NCBI RefSeq assembly: GCF_030028105.1
Contig: NC_092373.1
Location: 188,015,998 to 188,079,997, forward strand
DNA: 64,000 bases
Source of the DNA: Mobula birostris
Lineage: Eukaryota
Reading direction: 5' to 3'
Position numbers and translations under genes: made by a program. Under the pieces are notes generated by a model. The model made no database searches. It was not told the origin of the DNA and saw nothing but the letters and a program-made list of their open reading frames with translations. Below are positions 47,190 to 59,879 of this stretch, in pieces. The stretch's first letter is position 1; each line of letters begins with the position of its first letter.

Positions 47190-48929
47190 AGGATGATACT
47201 TAATTTTATAAAAACATCCCATTTCTATGTCTAACCCACTGACTGGTACATAATGAAACTATAGGGGCTGGGGGGGGGGGGGGGGTTGATACATTCTATT
47301 CCCAGAAGCAAAATTTACAACTTAGGCAGTTACGAAGCTAGACTCCTCACATTAACACGACCGATTGAGGATTGATCCTAAATTTAAGTATCTACCTGCT
47401 TTCCACTAGATTCATTTCTGGATACCATGGAGGTACAAACAGAAGGGAAGAGCAAATTTTCTGAAGCTGGAGAATTCAATATTGTGCCCAAAGGAAAATT
47501 GTTGTTCCTTGAAGCTTATATTGGGCCTTACTGTAACAATGCAGGAGGCTACAGACAAAAATAGCAGGTTATCAGAAGTTCAGGGTCACAAGTGCAGAGT
47601 AACTGCAGGAGTGATTCTTTACTTAATTTCACTTCTTTTTCCATTTGGGCACACAGAAAATTGTTCATTTACTCGCATGGCTGCCAGAAAAATAACAATG
47701 TTGCCGTCGCACAAACAAAGATAGTTTATATAGTTACAACTACAGATATCTCAAGAAGTGCAGGATCAAAAATCACAGGAATATACTGTATGGCCTTTCA
47801 CACTACAATAGCAGGAGTCATCAGATAAGCTAAATACCCACAAGGTGGATCAAGTAGATGGACAGATCATTCTTCTCTGTTGCACGAGAGAACAGCTTGG
47901 ATGGGATTGAGGTTCACAATAACAATATTGAAAATGTCTTTTAGCTGATGTAGTTGCTGTTTTCAGAAGTAGCCACGGGAGTTCATCTTAATTTAAATAT
48001 GGTTACTCATAAAATCTGTGCTTTCCAAAATTAAATGTTAGCCCCCTTTCCGTATTTGTTGCTTTTAAGAAAGGAATATTAAATGTTTAAAAATAGATGA
48101 ATGGGAAATTTTTACCACAATAATTCTGCATTTTCATTTATATCAGAAAATACCAGTCACATCGAAAGCAATTTAAATGAATTTTATAATGAAGGTATCG
48201 TACGTTAATCCATGTAAAATTAATATAAGAGGGACCTTTCTTTTAGACTAGTTGAAATCTGGAATCTACTACTTGCAGATGTGGTGGAACTGGGATCAAT
48301 TGTTTTCATCAAGGAATTGGATCAAAATATGAGGTTAAAAACTGACTGACAAGACATCAGAATTAGGGCTATAGGGTGGAAAGGCGAGACCATTATAGAG
48401 AGTCAGCACGGTCTTGATAGGTCAATTGGTCTCCATTCTACGATCCCTAACCAATTTGTAGCCATCCAATGGTTCAATAAAGACATGGTTTTGTAATGAA
48501 TATACAGTGCTAGTTATACCTGCCCATTGTGTGGTTTTGTTATTGGAAAGGTAATGAGAATTTAATTTATGGTATTTTGATTGGTAGATATCCATGGCTC
48601 GTGGGTTTTGTGTAGTCTTTCATCTTGTAGGAAACAGGGATGAGGGGATTAAAGGCATGCATGTTCACTCAGCTTCTATTTGACACCAGAGAAATACACC
48701 TGCCTTTGAAGGTCCATTTGTCTTAGCCCTTCTAGTGGGTATGTCAAAATATTTCAGTTTTCAGTGCCACAAACAGAAATGTAAAATAAAAAGGTCCAGA
48801 TCAGACAACAGCTAGGGAGCAAAAACAGGGTCAACGTTTTAAGCTCTTTGTCAATACTTTGAATTTATTCTCCTTAGGTCTTCATAATACTGTTGTTGCT
48901 TTGTCAACATTTATGTAATTGTTTCATGA

Positions 48930-49730
48930 AGAGATCAAACAGATTGACGCCACGTTCACTGATGAGACAAAGATACGTGAGGAAGATGCAAGAGTCAATG
49001 AAGGGATGTAGATAGGTTATGCAAGCAGGCAAACATTCAGCAGGTGGGGTATCAATATGGAGGAAAGTAAGATTATCACTTTGGATAACAAATGAAAAAG
49101 CGAAAAAAGATGTTCAAATGGACGAGTAAAAAATGCCATAGGACAGAGGTCTCTGGGTGCCCTTGAATGAAACTACAGCAGTAGGTCAGGAGGGTTGTAG
49201 AATGCAGGACACGGGACAGCTGATGCTGGAATCTAGAGCAAGAAACAACCTGCTGGGCAAAAAAAAACAATCTGAGGAACTTAGCAGGTCGAACAACATC
49301 TGTGAGAAGTAAGGAATTGCCATCAGCGTCTCAGGATTTATGTGTAGAATATCAGCCTTTAGTACAAAGGGGATGTATGATTTAAGTAGAGAAGGTTTGC
49401 TATAACTGTAAACAGCATGGTGAGATTACATCTTGAATGCCATGTTTTGTTTGTTATCTTGACTGAAGAAAATACTTCACAGGATGCAGTTCAGAGAAAT
49501 TTATGAGGTTGATTCCTGGATGAAGAGGTTAGCATAATGGTGAGCAGATTCAACTGATACTCATTGATTTTCAGAAGAATGAGAAATGATTCTAAGGTAA
49601 TTGACAGGATTGGTTTTGGTAGGATGTTTTCCTCCGAGAGGAATCCAGCAATCAGAGTTTCAGAGTAAGCAAAACCCTATTTAAGGTAGAGAAGAGGAGG
49701 AATTTCTTCACAAAGATGGTTTGATGCAGT
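48930..49730 (+). mobile_element. Old CR1 relic interrupted by a Penelope terminal-repeat piece (about 49215-49335)
   Basis: FTDETK (FADDTK) relic; ...LVRLHLE; RRNFF. Confidence 0.6.
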
Positions 49731-49894
49731 CCTAAAGGACAGAATGAGACAATTAGTCCACATCAATCATCAAGTGCTATTAAGACTAATTCCATCTCCT
49801 TCTCCTTCTACCTGTCAATTCCTCTCAGATTCTACTATTTACATGTGTAACACTCAGCTATATCAGCTCGTATTTATCTAGGGGAAACCCCGTC

Positions 49895-50787
49895 CGCCGC
49901 CGGAGACTCCAAGCCACCTTGTCCTCCCCCAGGGAACCACCAAATATCTGACTTATCCTCAACCTCGCCACCTCGTCCGCCTTCACTACCCCTCGGCGCT
50001 GCAACCCAGTAAGCATTCTCTCCAGCCGAAAAATGTATTCTGAGAGCTTTTCCCCTCTTCCCTGCCGCATGTGATGAAACTCCACTAAAAACTCCCAGGA
50101 ACCTCCCGACATTCCAAACGCTCCCTCCAAAGCTTCCAGATACTCCGCCAGGGAAGCCGAAGGCTGTTCAGCTTTCAGCTCCCGGACGACACCGGCCACC
50201 CCTTCCTGCAAACTTTCCACCAATCACTGTCGCTTTTCCTCATCTAAGCCTGGCCACGCCTCTAACAACTGGGTCGTATTTTTGATCCATGTGTCATAAT
50301 CGTCCTCCCCTTCCAGGGTGGGCGTGGCTCCTGAGAAAATTCTCAGCTTTGGGCGGGGCCCCTCGGCCCTTCTCACCTGGGAGGTAATGGCGGCTGCTAA
50401 CTCAGAGGTCTCACCTCTAGCGTGGGTTGGGGCCTGGCCAAGCCTTCCCATTCTGACCCTCCACCACTGGCTACTGGCACCTCCCCTGGGGTCTCATCTA
50501 GCTCCCCGAGGCCCCACAGCCCCGCCTTCCCCTGGACGCTGACTATCGCTGGTAGTTGAATGTCATGACGTCAGCACTCGTACAAACCAACACCCAGCTG
50601 GATTCCACTTCTTTACCGCACCTTCCAGCTATCAGTTCTACCTGTACCATCTTTGATACCTTTGATCAAACTCAACCCTCGCACTGGTACTTCTGCCGGT
50701 GCGGAAATCCACCCCACTTAACACGCATGCATGATTCACCGGTACGTCCTCTAACTCACACCAGCTTACAATCTTATCTCGATCCAT
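49895..50787 (-). pseudogene. Disrupted PNMA (paraneoplastic Ma)-like Gypsy gag
   Basis: MDRDKIVSWCELEDVPVNHACVLSGV (N-domain, then frameshifts); capsid part KLRIFSG.TP..EGEDDYDTW...EEKRQ*LVESL...YLEALEGAFG...Q..GEKLSEYIFRLE. The stop at 50224-50226 is likely CGA>TGA. Confidence 0.85.
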
Positions 50788-50837
50788 CTCCGCACTACTT
50801 AACGTGGCGATTTATACAGCTTTACCGAAAATTCAAA

Positions 50838-50856
50838 CCCGGACGCTGCCCCCTCA
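50838..50856 (-). promoter_or_regulatory. Primer-binding-site-like sequence of the Gypsy element (tRNA-Pro-like)
   Basis: Minus strand LTR end ...TTACA, TA, then TGAGGGGGCAGCGTCCGGG; similar to PBS-Pro TGGGGGCTCGTCCGGG. Confidence 0.6.
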
Positions 50857-52786
50857 TATGTAACGCTCAGCTATATCGGCTATGTCTCCCGGTTGCGTTG
50901 GTTGCTATGCAATGCCACCTGGTACGACCTCAAACATCAAACATCAGACAGCACAGAATGTACACTTTACAGATTACACTTTATAATCTTACTGGGACTA
51001 TGAGATTAATAGAGATACAATATGAAAGAAAAAAGAAAAAAACGCCAGAATTATCAAAGTTCAATTTCTTCATGCACACAGTTGGAGCTCAAATACCCGG
51101 GGTCTTCTCTCTTCACCCTGCGATCCACTCTGACCCCCTCGACTCGCCACTCAGGACCACCCAAGGCGATCGAACAGAGCGCTTCCAGCATGCCCGTCTT
51201 ACTCCCGGTCTCTCCTCTCAAGCCCGCCAAACACACCGGTTCCCAGCCATATGAGACAAATATCACCTCAAAAAAGAATAACATGGACACCCATTGGTTC
51301 ATTCCCTCCTTATCATTAGTGATAACCGAAATAAACTGCTAGCTGCTAGAAAAAGAATCACTGTCTCAGCAGTTAACATCACAGAGAAACCATTTTAATT
51401 ATAACATAACAAAGAAGCCATTTTGATTAGCATATGCAGTAACATAAAAGAAGAAACCCCTTACACATGCACCAAGAGTAATATATTGTGGACAATTACC
51501 ATGTCAATTCACGTTGTTTGGATCTGGCAGGGATGCGGATACTGGAATGAAATCCACATGATCACAGGGAAAATATCCAAACTCTGCACAGAAATCAGGA
51601 CTGAATCCTTGTGGATGGAGAAGTAAGGCACCACTGGGCCACTACTTCATCAGGGCTGATGGCTGCAAACCTTCACATTTTCTGCTCCAGAGTGATAGCA
51701 ACAAGTACCCTATTGCACTTCAAGAACACATTGCACGGACAAAAGGGCTCCAGTTATTATCTTATCCTGTAATAGACATTCCCTTTGTTCCAGCCCTTGC
51801 CCATTCCATCTCCTCCACTACTCAAATTAACTTGATTTCTCACTTTATTTTTTAGTTCTGATGAAGGACCTTTAACCAGAACATTAACTGGTCTTCTTTC
51901 CACATTTGCAGAGTGATTGGCTGAGTTCTAGCATTTCTGCATTTGGTACAGTTCAAAATGACAACTAAATTGCCTAGATTCCCAAGATTGGTACCCAGAA
52001 TCCTTGAAATCCACAGTATTAAAAAGGGCCACACTTGTTCAATTCACGTTTCAATCTGCCTGTTGCTCTATAACCCTCTCCCACCACTTATGAGAAGGCA
52101 TGGCTTCTGGGGATAAAAATCTGTTCAAAATCACTCTTAAGCAGAAACACACAATTGTATCATCTTGCTTATGTTACACCTTTAATGGAACAATCTATTT
52201 AGTCCCTGCTCTTCCTAAAGCCATTTAAGTAATTTTCAAATATTTGTCTACTTCCATTTTAAAAAGCATACACAAATCATACTTCCTCCACTGTTTCTTC
52301 TAAACCATTTCATCACCTAGCAACGCACTGCATAATTTTTTTAAATAATCTCTGAATCACTCTCTTCCAGAACAGTGAAGCATTTCAATAGAGGTAATAT
52401 TAAGTCTTTGAAAAAAGAAAAGATTTGATTTTGTTCCGTGCTTTAGCATTTATGAGGAGCTTCACACTCAGTGAATTACTCAGAATTATATGAATGTACG
52501 ACACTGTAGCATCTGATTTGGTTCAAGTTGTCCAGGATGATGTTTGTGCTCTGTATGAGCCTGCTTTCACCCTTCTTCCCCTGCTGTTAGAGTAACTGTA
52601 CCATAGATAGAAGAGTCAAGAGCAAGAGGACAGAGATTTAATGTGATTACCAAAAGAACTAAAGGTAATATGCAAATGATCTATTTTTAACAGACCGAAT
52701 GGCTCACATCTGAATGGTGCTGGAGACAGACTAATTTGTAGCTTTCAAAAAGAGAATGGTGTCAATACTTTAAATAAAATGATTAT

Positions 52787-53530
52787 ATAGAAAGAACAGT
52801 ACGGCACAGGAACAAGCCCTTCGGCCCTCAATGATGCGCCAAACCAAATAAATTAATAATCAAATGGTCAACTAAGTTAGTCCCTTATGCTTACACAATG
52901 TCCATAGCCTTCCATTTTCCTCACATTCATGTGCCTATCTGAATGTCTCTTAAAAGTACTTAATGTATCTGCACTTATCATCACCCCAGGCCATACATTC
53001 CAAGCACACACCTTCTCTGTGTAAGAGAGAGAGTGGTGGGTGCCCCTCACATCTCCTTTGAGATTACTTCCTCTACCTTAAATGCATGCCCTTTGACTTT
53101 AGATATTTTGACCCTGGGAAAAAGATGCTGTCTGTTTACCCTATCATAATCTTATAAACCTTTATCAGATTTCCTCTCAGCCCCTGTTGCTCCAGAGAAA
53201 ACAACCCAAGTTTGTTTAACCTCTTGTTATAGCACATTCCCTCTAATCCAGGCAGCATCCTTTTCAAAGCCTCAACATCCTTTCCACAGTAGGGCAACCA
53301 GAACTGTATGCAATACTCCAGATGCGGCCTAACTGGAGTTTTATGAAGTTGCAAAATAACCTCCTGACTTTAGAGCTCAATGCCTTGACTATTAAAGGCA
53401 AGAATGCCATATGCCTTCTTAACCACCCTATCAACCTGTGTAGCCACTTTCAGAGAGCTGTGAACTTGGATCCCAAGGTCTCTCTTCAAATTCCTACAAA
53501 AAAGGTAAGGTCTTTAACAGCACTGCCTTT
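52787..53530 (-). mobile_element. CR1 3' end
   Basis: VRPHLEYCIQFWLP...KDVEAL...LGLFSLEQQ.LRG.LI.VYKIM. Confidence 0.88.
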
Positions 53531-54293
53531 TTTGAAGGAATTTGTGTGAGGTGAGGAATGTAACTAGCTGAATTGGTCTTGCAAGAAGCTTTAGCATATT
53601 CAGTAGAACATGGACCATTACAGCACAGTACAGACCCCTTCAGCCCACAATATTCTGTGGACCCCTTAACCTGTTCTACTCTTTTCAAATAAGGACTGTA
53701 CTCTGCCAGAATAGCAACAGGGAGGCATCTTATCTCAGGATGTAGTAAGAGCTAGCCATAGTGGATCTGAAACATTAAGTCATTTATAACCTTCATGCTG
53801 AATTGTCACACAGCAAAGACCATCAATGTCAAGAATAATACCTTCCTTGACATTAGCATTGTCATTACCTATTGCACCATTAATATCTTGCTGACTGACA
53901 GTGACCAGGAAGTGGCTCAGACCAGGAACTGGATTAATACTTTACTTTATGAAGTCTTGCCACCATGTTCAAGACAAATCAACAAAAGCAGATCCCCTAT
54001 TACCCAACCTGACCTTCACTACAGTCCACCACTGCTGAAATAACTGCACTGTGCCACCATGAACAAAATGGATGCCTGCAACAGAATACAAAAGAAACCC
54101 TGTATTCCTAGCACGGAGTTCATTGCTTTCCTCTCCGTAGTGATCACTCCAGCATCCTTTCTCATTTCAAATCATGACAACCATAAATAAACAAATTGAC
54201 TTGCTCAGTAAGCATTTGGTGCATTCAGTTAATATCATACTGTTGTGACCATTCATATTTATGGATTCACTTAGTGCCTGATTTATTCTATGG

Positions 54294-55092
54294 TCAAATG
54301 GTTCAATTTTATATCAGAGAATGTATATAGTGTACAACCTGAAGTTCTTACTCTCTGCAGACAAAATCAATAAAAAAACAAAGAATAAATGACAGAAAAT
54401 GTTAGAACCGCAAAGCCTCATCCCTCTCCCACACACAAGCAGCAGTAAAAGCATCCATCCCCCACCCCACCACAAGCGATAACAAAGCTCCCAAAGAGAG
54501 CATGATCCAGAGTAAATCAAGAACTACTGTCCATTCCAACACTTCAACGTCTCAGACACATTCTCTCACATTAATGAGGAAGAGAGAGATCGCTCCTACA
54601 ATAGTGAGAGCGGACGCCAACAGCTAGCTGTTTTGATGTTACAGTCTTCTGTGTCGCTTATCCGAGCCCCTGAATCAAGGACCAACAGACTCTCACTCAC
54701 CATCAAGAGAGAGACGGAGAGTGAGAGAGAGTGCAGGAGCCTTCTGACAACAGTGCATACCACCTTCTATCTCAATGTTTCAATCTCCTATGACGACATC
54801 AGTGAGGAACTGGGTTGCCCAAGGACCGCACCCCGAAGGCGCACGTCTTCCAGGCCGCACCTGGAGATACCAAAACATCAGACTACATGATGAGTCCAAG
54901 AATGGGAACCCACCACCCGTGGAGAACCATTGTTTGAGCTGCAGCTGTAGATCGCGGACTCCAACAGGCCCCCAGCCACTTTGAAAAGAAAAGAAAGAAA
55001 TGAAAAAAAAAAGAAGAAGAATCTGTTTGGCGGACTGTTTGCGTATTTTTGTACTTCTGCGTAATGCATACCTTGTGGCTGCAGCCATGCTG
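54294..55092 (-). mobile_element. Non-coding retroposon with Rex1-like tail
   Basis: Minus strand ends ttcaggttgtacactatatacattctctgatataaaattgaa; 5' end near cagcatggctgcagcc; no RT motifs. Confidence 0.5.
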
Positions 55093-56129
55093 CAGGAGTT
55101 GTGGCTCCCTTGGAGTGGAGGAAGTAATAGATTGAAATGTCCTAACTTCAGAGTATGTGTCATTGCCAAGAGAGGCTGCAGATTAGGTATTACCAAAATG
55201 GCAGTGCTAGGAACATGAATGCAACATCCTGAAAGATGACAGATAATACAAAACCCCTCAGAGTTTGCATAGTCCACCTGCAAGATAGAACATGTTTACT
55301 CCCACTTGATTATAGTCATGGAGTTGGCATTGTGATTGCTGCCTCCTAAGCATGTAGTGAAATCAGGAACTAGAGTGACATAAACTATTTCAGGATCCCC
55401 ACGCAGATTCATTTTATGGCTGATGAATTCCTAGGTCAATATTTCCAGTCTTAAGTGCTTATTTATGTTACTGTGACAGAATGTGTTGTGTTATTATTTC
55501 CGCAGTACCATGCAATAAGTACAGGCTTAAGTACTAATTAGAATGGTTAGAAATTGATATGATACAGATTTAAATTGTGGCTCAAGAATTTATAATATTC
55601 ATTGCTTAAAAGTCACCTAATAAAGTATTCAGTTTATTTTTTTTTCTAAATCACCATAAACCTTAGCAGTTAATAGCTAATGTTGCAAAATTATTCAATG
55701 TAATTGCTCAGTTAGATGTTAGTATAGCACAGTCTGTACATATGTTTTCTTTCTCAGCAATTTAATTCCTCATCTGTAGAAGAAACTGATCCCGAGGCTG
55801 AATTATTGGAAGTTTCCAATAACTTGATGTGGATACATAGTTCCCCTTGGCTATGGAGGGGTCACATGGGGTTTCAGAGTGACCCTGGCTATTTGGCACT
55901 GAACAAGTCCATTAGTGACTGTCTACTCTGGCAACTAAAACATTGGAAAGGTCTGAGTTGCGGAAAATATTATTTTTACTACAGAATGATGCATCATTGA
56001 AGGAACCATTCATCTCAATTTAAAGTTCTTCTGGAAGAGCAATCCAATTAATACATTCTCTTGCCCTCATTACAAAAAACTACACTGGCTGCACAAAGAG
56101 CGGATAGCTTTGCAATCGAGGTACTTTAG

Positions 56130-56430
56130 ATTCCAAATCAGAATTAGATTTATTATCTCTGACATATGTTGTGAAATTTGTTGTTTTGCGGCAGCGGTGC
56201 CATGTAATACGTAAATATGCTATAGATTGTAATAAGACATATACTGTATATATAAAAACTAAGTAGTGCAAAAAGAGAGCAAATAAAATGTGAAGTAGTG
56301 TTCATGTGTTTATTTTCTGTTCCGAAATATGATGGTGAAGGGGAAGGTGCTGGTCCTAAAACATTGAGTGGGTGGCTTCAGGCTCCTGTAGCTTCTTCCT
56401 GATGGTAATAATGAGAAAAGGGCCTCACCC
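56130..56430 (-). mobile_element. Rex1 3' end
   Basis: Same 3' UTR as 8275-8600 (aatcagaattagatttattatc...catatgttgtgaaatttgttg). Confidence 0.8.
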
Positions 56431-56994
56431 AGATTGTGCTCAGTTTATCTGCTATCCCAACCAGGTTGACTGTCCACTGTAAGAAGGTAAGAAATAGAAG
56501 CAGGAAGAAACAACTGGGCCCTTCATAAAAGCTTCACCATTCAACAAGTTCATTATATCAACTACTTTCTGGTATTGATCTCACATTTCTTGACTCCTTT
56601 ATATCTAAGAATCAGAACTCTTGTCTTGATAGGCTGAATGACTGAGCCTCCCCAAACCGCTGGATAGAAAATGTTAGGGATTCACTTCCCTGTATATGGC
56701 AAAATGTCTTGTTTAACTATCCTAAATAACCAGTCACTTTTTTGAGATTGTGACTCTATTTCTAGACAATGCAATCAAGGAAAATGTCATCCCCAAATCT
56801 ACTCAACCTATCTCTTAATGAACTTAGTTCATTTCAATGAAATTGTCCTTATTCCTTCTCGTCTGATGGGAGTATGGGGACAGTCTGCTTAATCTCACCT
56901 CTCGTAACAGCCAAAGTAAACAAATCAATCAGTGCATTATTAGTCAGAAAAAAAATTAACAACTTTGGGAAGCAATATAATAGAATATAAAATG

Positions 56995-57535
56995 ATTGGA
57001 ATATAAAAGCAAGGATGCAATGTTGAGGCTTTATAAAGCACTGGTGAGGCCTCACTTGAAGTATTGTGAGCAGATTTGGGCCCCTTATCCGCGAAAGGAT
57101 GTCTCTGGGCATGTACTCACTAAAGTTCAGAAGAATGTTGTGGGGCGGGGGGGGATCTCATTGAAACCTATCGAATGTTGAAAGGCCTTGACAGAATGGA
57201 TGTGGAGGGCATGTTTCCTATAGTGGGAGGATCTTGGACCAGAGGGCACAGCCGCAGAATAGAGGGCCTACCATTTAGAACGGAGAAGAGGAGGAATTTC
57301 CTTAGCCAGAGGTGAACCTGTGTAATTTGTTGCTACAGGCAGCCGTGGAGGCCAAGTCTTTTATGTATACTAAGGCAGAGGTTGATAGATACTTGATTAG
57401 TCAGGGCATGAAGGGATATAGGGGAAGGCAGAAGATTGGGGATGAGAAGGGAAAATGGATCAGCTATAACAAAATGGTGGAGCAGACTTGATGGGCCAAA
57501 TGGCCTAATTCTGCTCCTATATCTTATGGTCTTAT
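56995..57535 (+). mobile_element. CR1 3' end
   Basis: EYKSKDAMLRLYKALVRPHLKYCEQIWAPY.RKDV; CR1 tail tcttatggtctt. Confidence 0.88.
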
Positions 57536-58528
57536 TATTGGTCAGAAAAAAAATGACCAACTTTGGGAGACAATTATGTTCATCACAGTTACTGATGGTC
57601 CAAGGAGAACAAGGGCAGGTCTTTATTATTGCCTTCTGATGTTATACTACTTTAAAGAAGCCAATAAATAGGTAATTCTTCCTGAAGTTTGAAAGAATGT
57701 GGACGAAACAAAATATTTGGTGTCTCCCCATATGACAAACTCCTTTTTGAATTTTAAATTGCCTCATGTAAATCTGATTAAGTAATTACAAAAGTACCAA
57801 AACTCATCCTATTGCTGACACACTGATCATCAAATGCTGGGCGTTAATCTGTCATAACAGCTTTTGAAGCATTTCTATTAGCAAGCAGTGTCTAGCAATA
57901 GGGAAAGCAACATAACTGTAGTTTTGTTAAGCTGCCACAATTCCAGTGGTTTAGTTAAGGGTTTTAATTAGACCATCAATGGCACTTGGTGTTGCCATCA
58001 AATTGTATGAAGGGGCGGCAAGAAATTCAGTATTTTGGGAATTTACGCCTAAAATAGCAACCATTGCCTTAGTTTAGTTATTTTCCAAGCCTTTTTATGA
58101 ACACTTGGTATTTCATTGAACTTCCAAAGTGGCTGTCAAACCTGATGTGGCTGATTTTCACAGTGGGATGTTATATTTTGCAGGAAGCACTATAACAGCA
58201 GGATGTAAGAAATGTTACCATGAGAAAAAGCTAATTCAAGTTCATTCATCCTTTTTTTCCTCACATTTACCATCTGACTGCATTTCATTTTTGCCTCTGC
58301 TTTCATACAGTATATCACTCGGAACGAAGAAAATCTTTCTCATATCTGCACGTTTTGCCCTGCTTGATTTTTGATTACTCGAAGTGCGGTTTGCTATTCT
58401 GGTGGATGTTACATTTCTCAGGGAGCAATTGGAACAAAAGATGAGAATACCTGTGGTGCCATCTTTATATTCCTTATCAACCTATACGGATCAAACTCAA
58501 ATACAAAAGCACCATGAGTTACAAATAA

Positions 58529-59571
58529 CACTAGACAACAAATATGTTGTTTCCTGAACTTTTTTGAGTGTATTTTAGGCTGCTGATCATGCCAATCACC
58601 ATGAAATTTCTCTATCATGCACCATTTTTTAAAAATTGCCTATATTTGTTATTTCAGTTCATAATTCAAGCCAATTAAAATGTTGCCCACAATGTAAGCT
58701 GAAAAGTTTCTTGTCTCATCCAGACATGCCTGGGCATGCTTAAGCAGGACCGATGCTGCATGACAGGACAGGTTTTAGAAAAACAAGATATAGAGTCTAG
58801 AGGAGGCAGACAAACTGGGGTTGGAAAACGACACTGATATGATACAGATTTTGAACCCTTTGTCTATTGAGCCTCATCTGATAACTCAATCTGAGTTAAA
58901 TGACCTGGTCAGAGACTTGGGTTGTCAAAGGCAAAAGCAGAATTCCTGGGTTCAAGACTGCAAGGATGGAATCTGTTGTCACGAGACACAAAAATGCCCA
59001 TAAAGGATTTAGATATTTGAGACAGATATTTCCCAAAATAACTAGTGCCAAGATTAAGGAAGGCATTTTTGTTGGTCCACAAATCAAACAGGTCGGCAAT
59101 GACAGGCAATTTGAAGAACTTCTAGTGAGACTGGAAAAAAGGATGTTGAAAATTTTCTTGGCTACTACGGAGCACTAAGCCAATGCTCAAGCATACAAAA
59201 CCATGAAGTGCAACAAGTCACTAAGGATTCATTTTCTGCATTCCCATTTGACTGCTTCCCTGCAAACCATGGCACTGTCAGTGATGAGCATGGTGAAAGA
59301 TTTCACCAGGATATTGCGGTGATGGAGAAGCGGTATTGGGGAAACTGGAATCCATCAATACTGAATTGCAAACTATTGTAAAGTGTCAGCACCGTTATGC
59401 AATTAAATGCATTATATTCAATAAAAGTTATTTTCTTGTTTCTCCAAATTCCTATGTGATACGAGTAATCTGAAATTATATTTTTGTTCAGTTTCAAGCA
59501 GTCTACAGTTTATAATAAAGAAAATAAATTTCTGAGGAAGCAACAGTTTTGAAAAAAATTGTTGTCCAGTG
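58529..59571 (+). mobile_element. Chapaev3 (CMC superfamily) DNA transposon, internally deleted
   Basis: TAA|CACTAGACAACAA...TTGTTGTCCAGTG|TAA (CAC..GTG ends, 3-bp TWA TSD). Transposase relics EPHLITQSELNDLVRDLGLSK.KAEFLGSRLQGWNLL, FRYLRQIFPKITSAKIKEGIFVGPQIK, SLRIHFLHSH, VSDEHGERFHQDIAVMEKRY.G.W. Confidence 0.9.
58722..58741. promoter_or_regulatory. Perfect p53-family response element consensus, zero spacer
   Basis: AGACATGCCT GGGCATGCTT = RRRCWWGYYY twice, 20/20 match; function untested. Confidence 0.5.
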
Positions 59572-59879
59572 TAACCAGACTTACTGAACTCTGACTTCAC
59601 ACAAGTTCTTACATTAAAAGCATTTTCCAGCTTCATGGTATTCATTAATGATTGGATACAGTGCGTATTTCTTTTGTTTCATTATGGGTTAATCATTCAA
59701 TGAAATGAAATGTATATGATTTGGGCAGCTATAGCAATCAGATGTTACTCACTTAAGGAGAAACTGGCTAACAGAAATCTCTCAGGAACAAAGTCCTTAC
59801 ATAACTACTGGATTGCTTGCAATTGGTCACTCATCATGGTGCACAGTGCATACATTGAGTAACATAAACAAAATTCATT

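Larger units (their letters stand above)
49846..51465 (-). mobile_element. Internally deleted Gypsy LTR retrotransposon with 4-bp TSD CATG
   Basis: CATG (49842-49845)|TGTAAC...TTACA|CATG (51466-51469). Full LTR at 50859-51465. A roughly 50-bp remnant of the other LTR at 49846 reads tgtaacactcagctatatcagct versus tgtaacgctcagctatatcggct. Gag lies between them; no pol. Confidence 0.9.

Noticed and set aside
47264-47285. G16 run as a functional G-quadruplex
   Set aside because: Simple homopolymer of uncertain assembled length; nothing else supports function.
48959-48990. CTGATGA as another hammerhead core
   Set aside because: It is the CR1 FADDTK codon relic; no stem II or GAAA follows.
49895-50787. 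Domesticated PNMA gene
   Set aside because: Frameshifts and a stop; still flanked by LTR, PBS and TSD, so it is a transposon relic.
50556-51254. 232-aa plus-strand ORF, the longest in the track
   Set aside because: Antisense to Gypsy gag and LTR, spans the LTR boundary, no recognisable motif.
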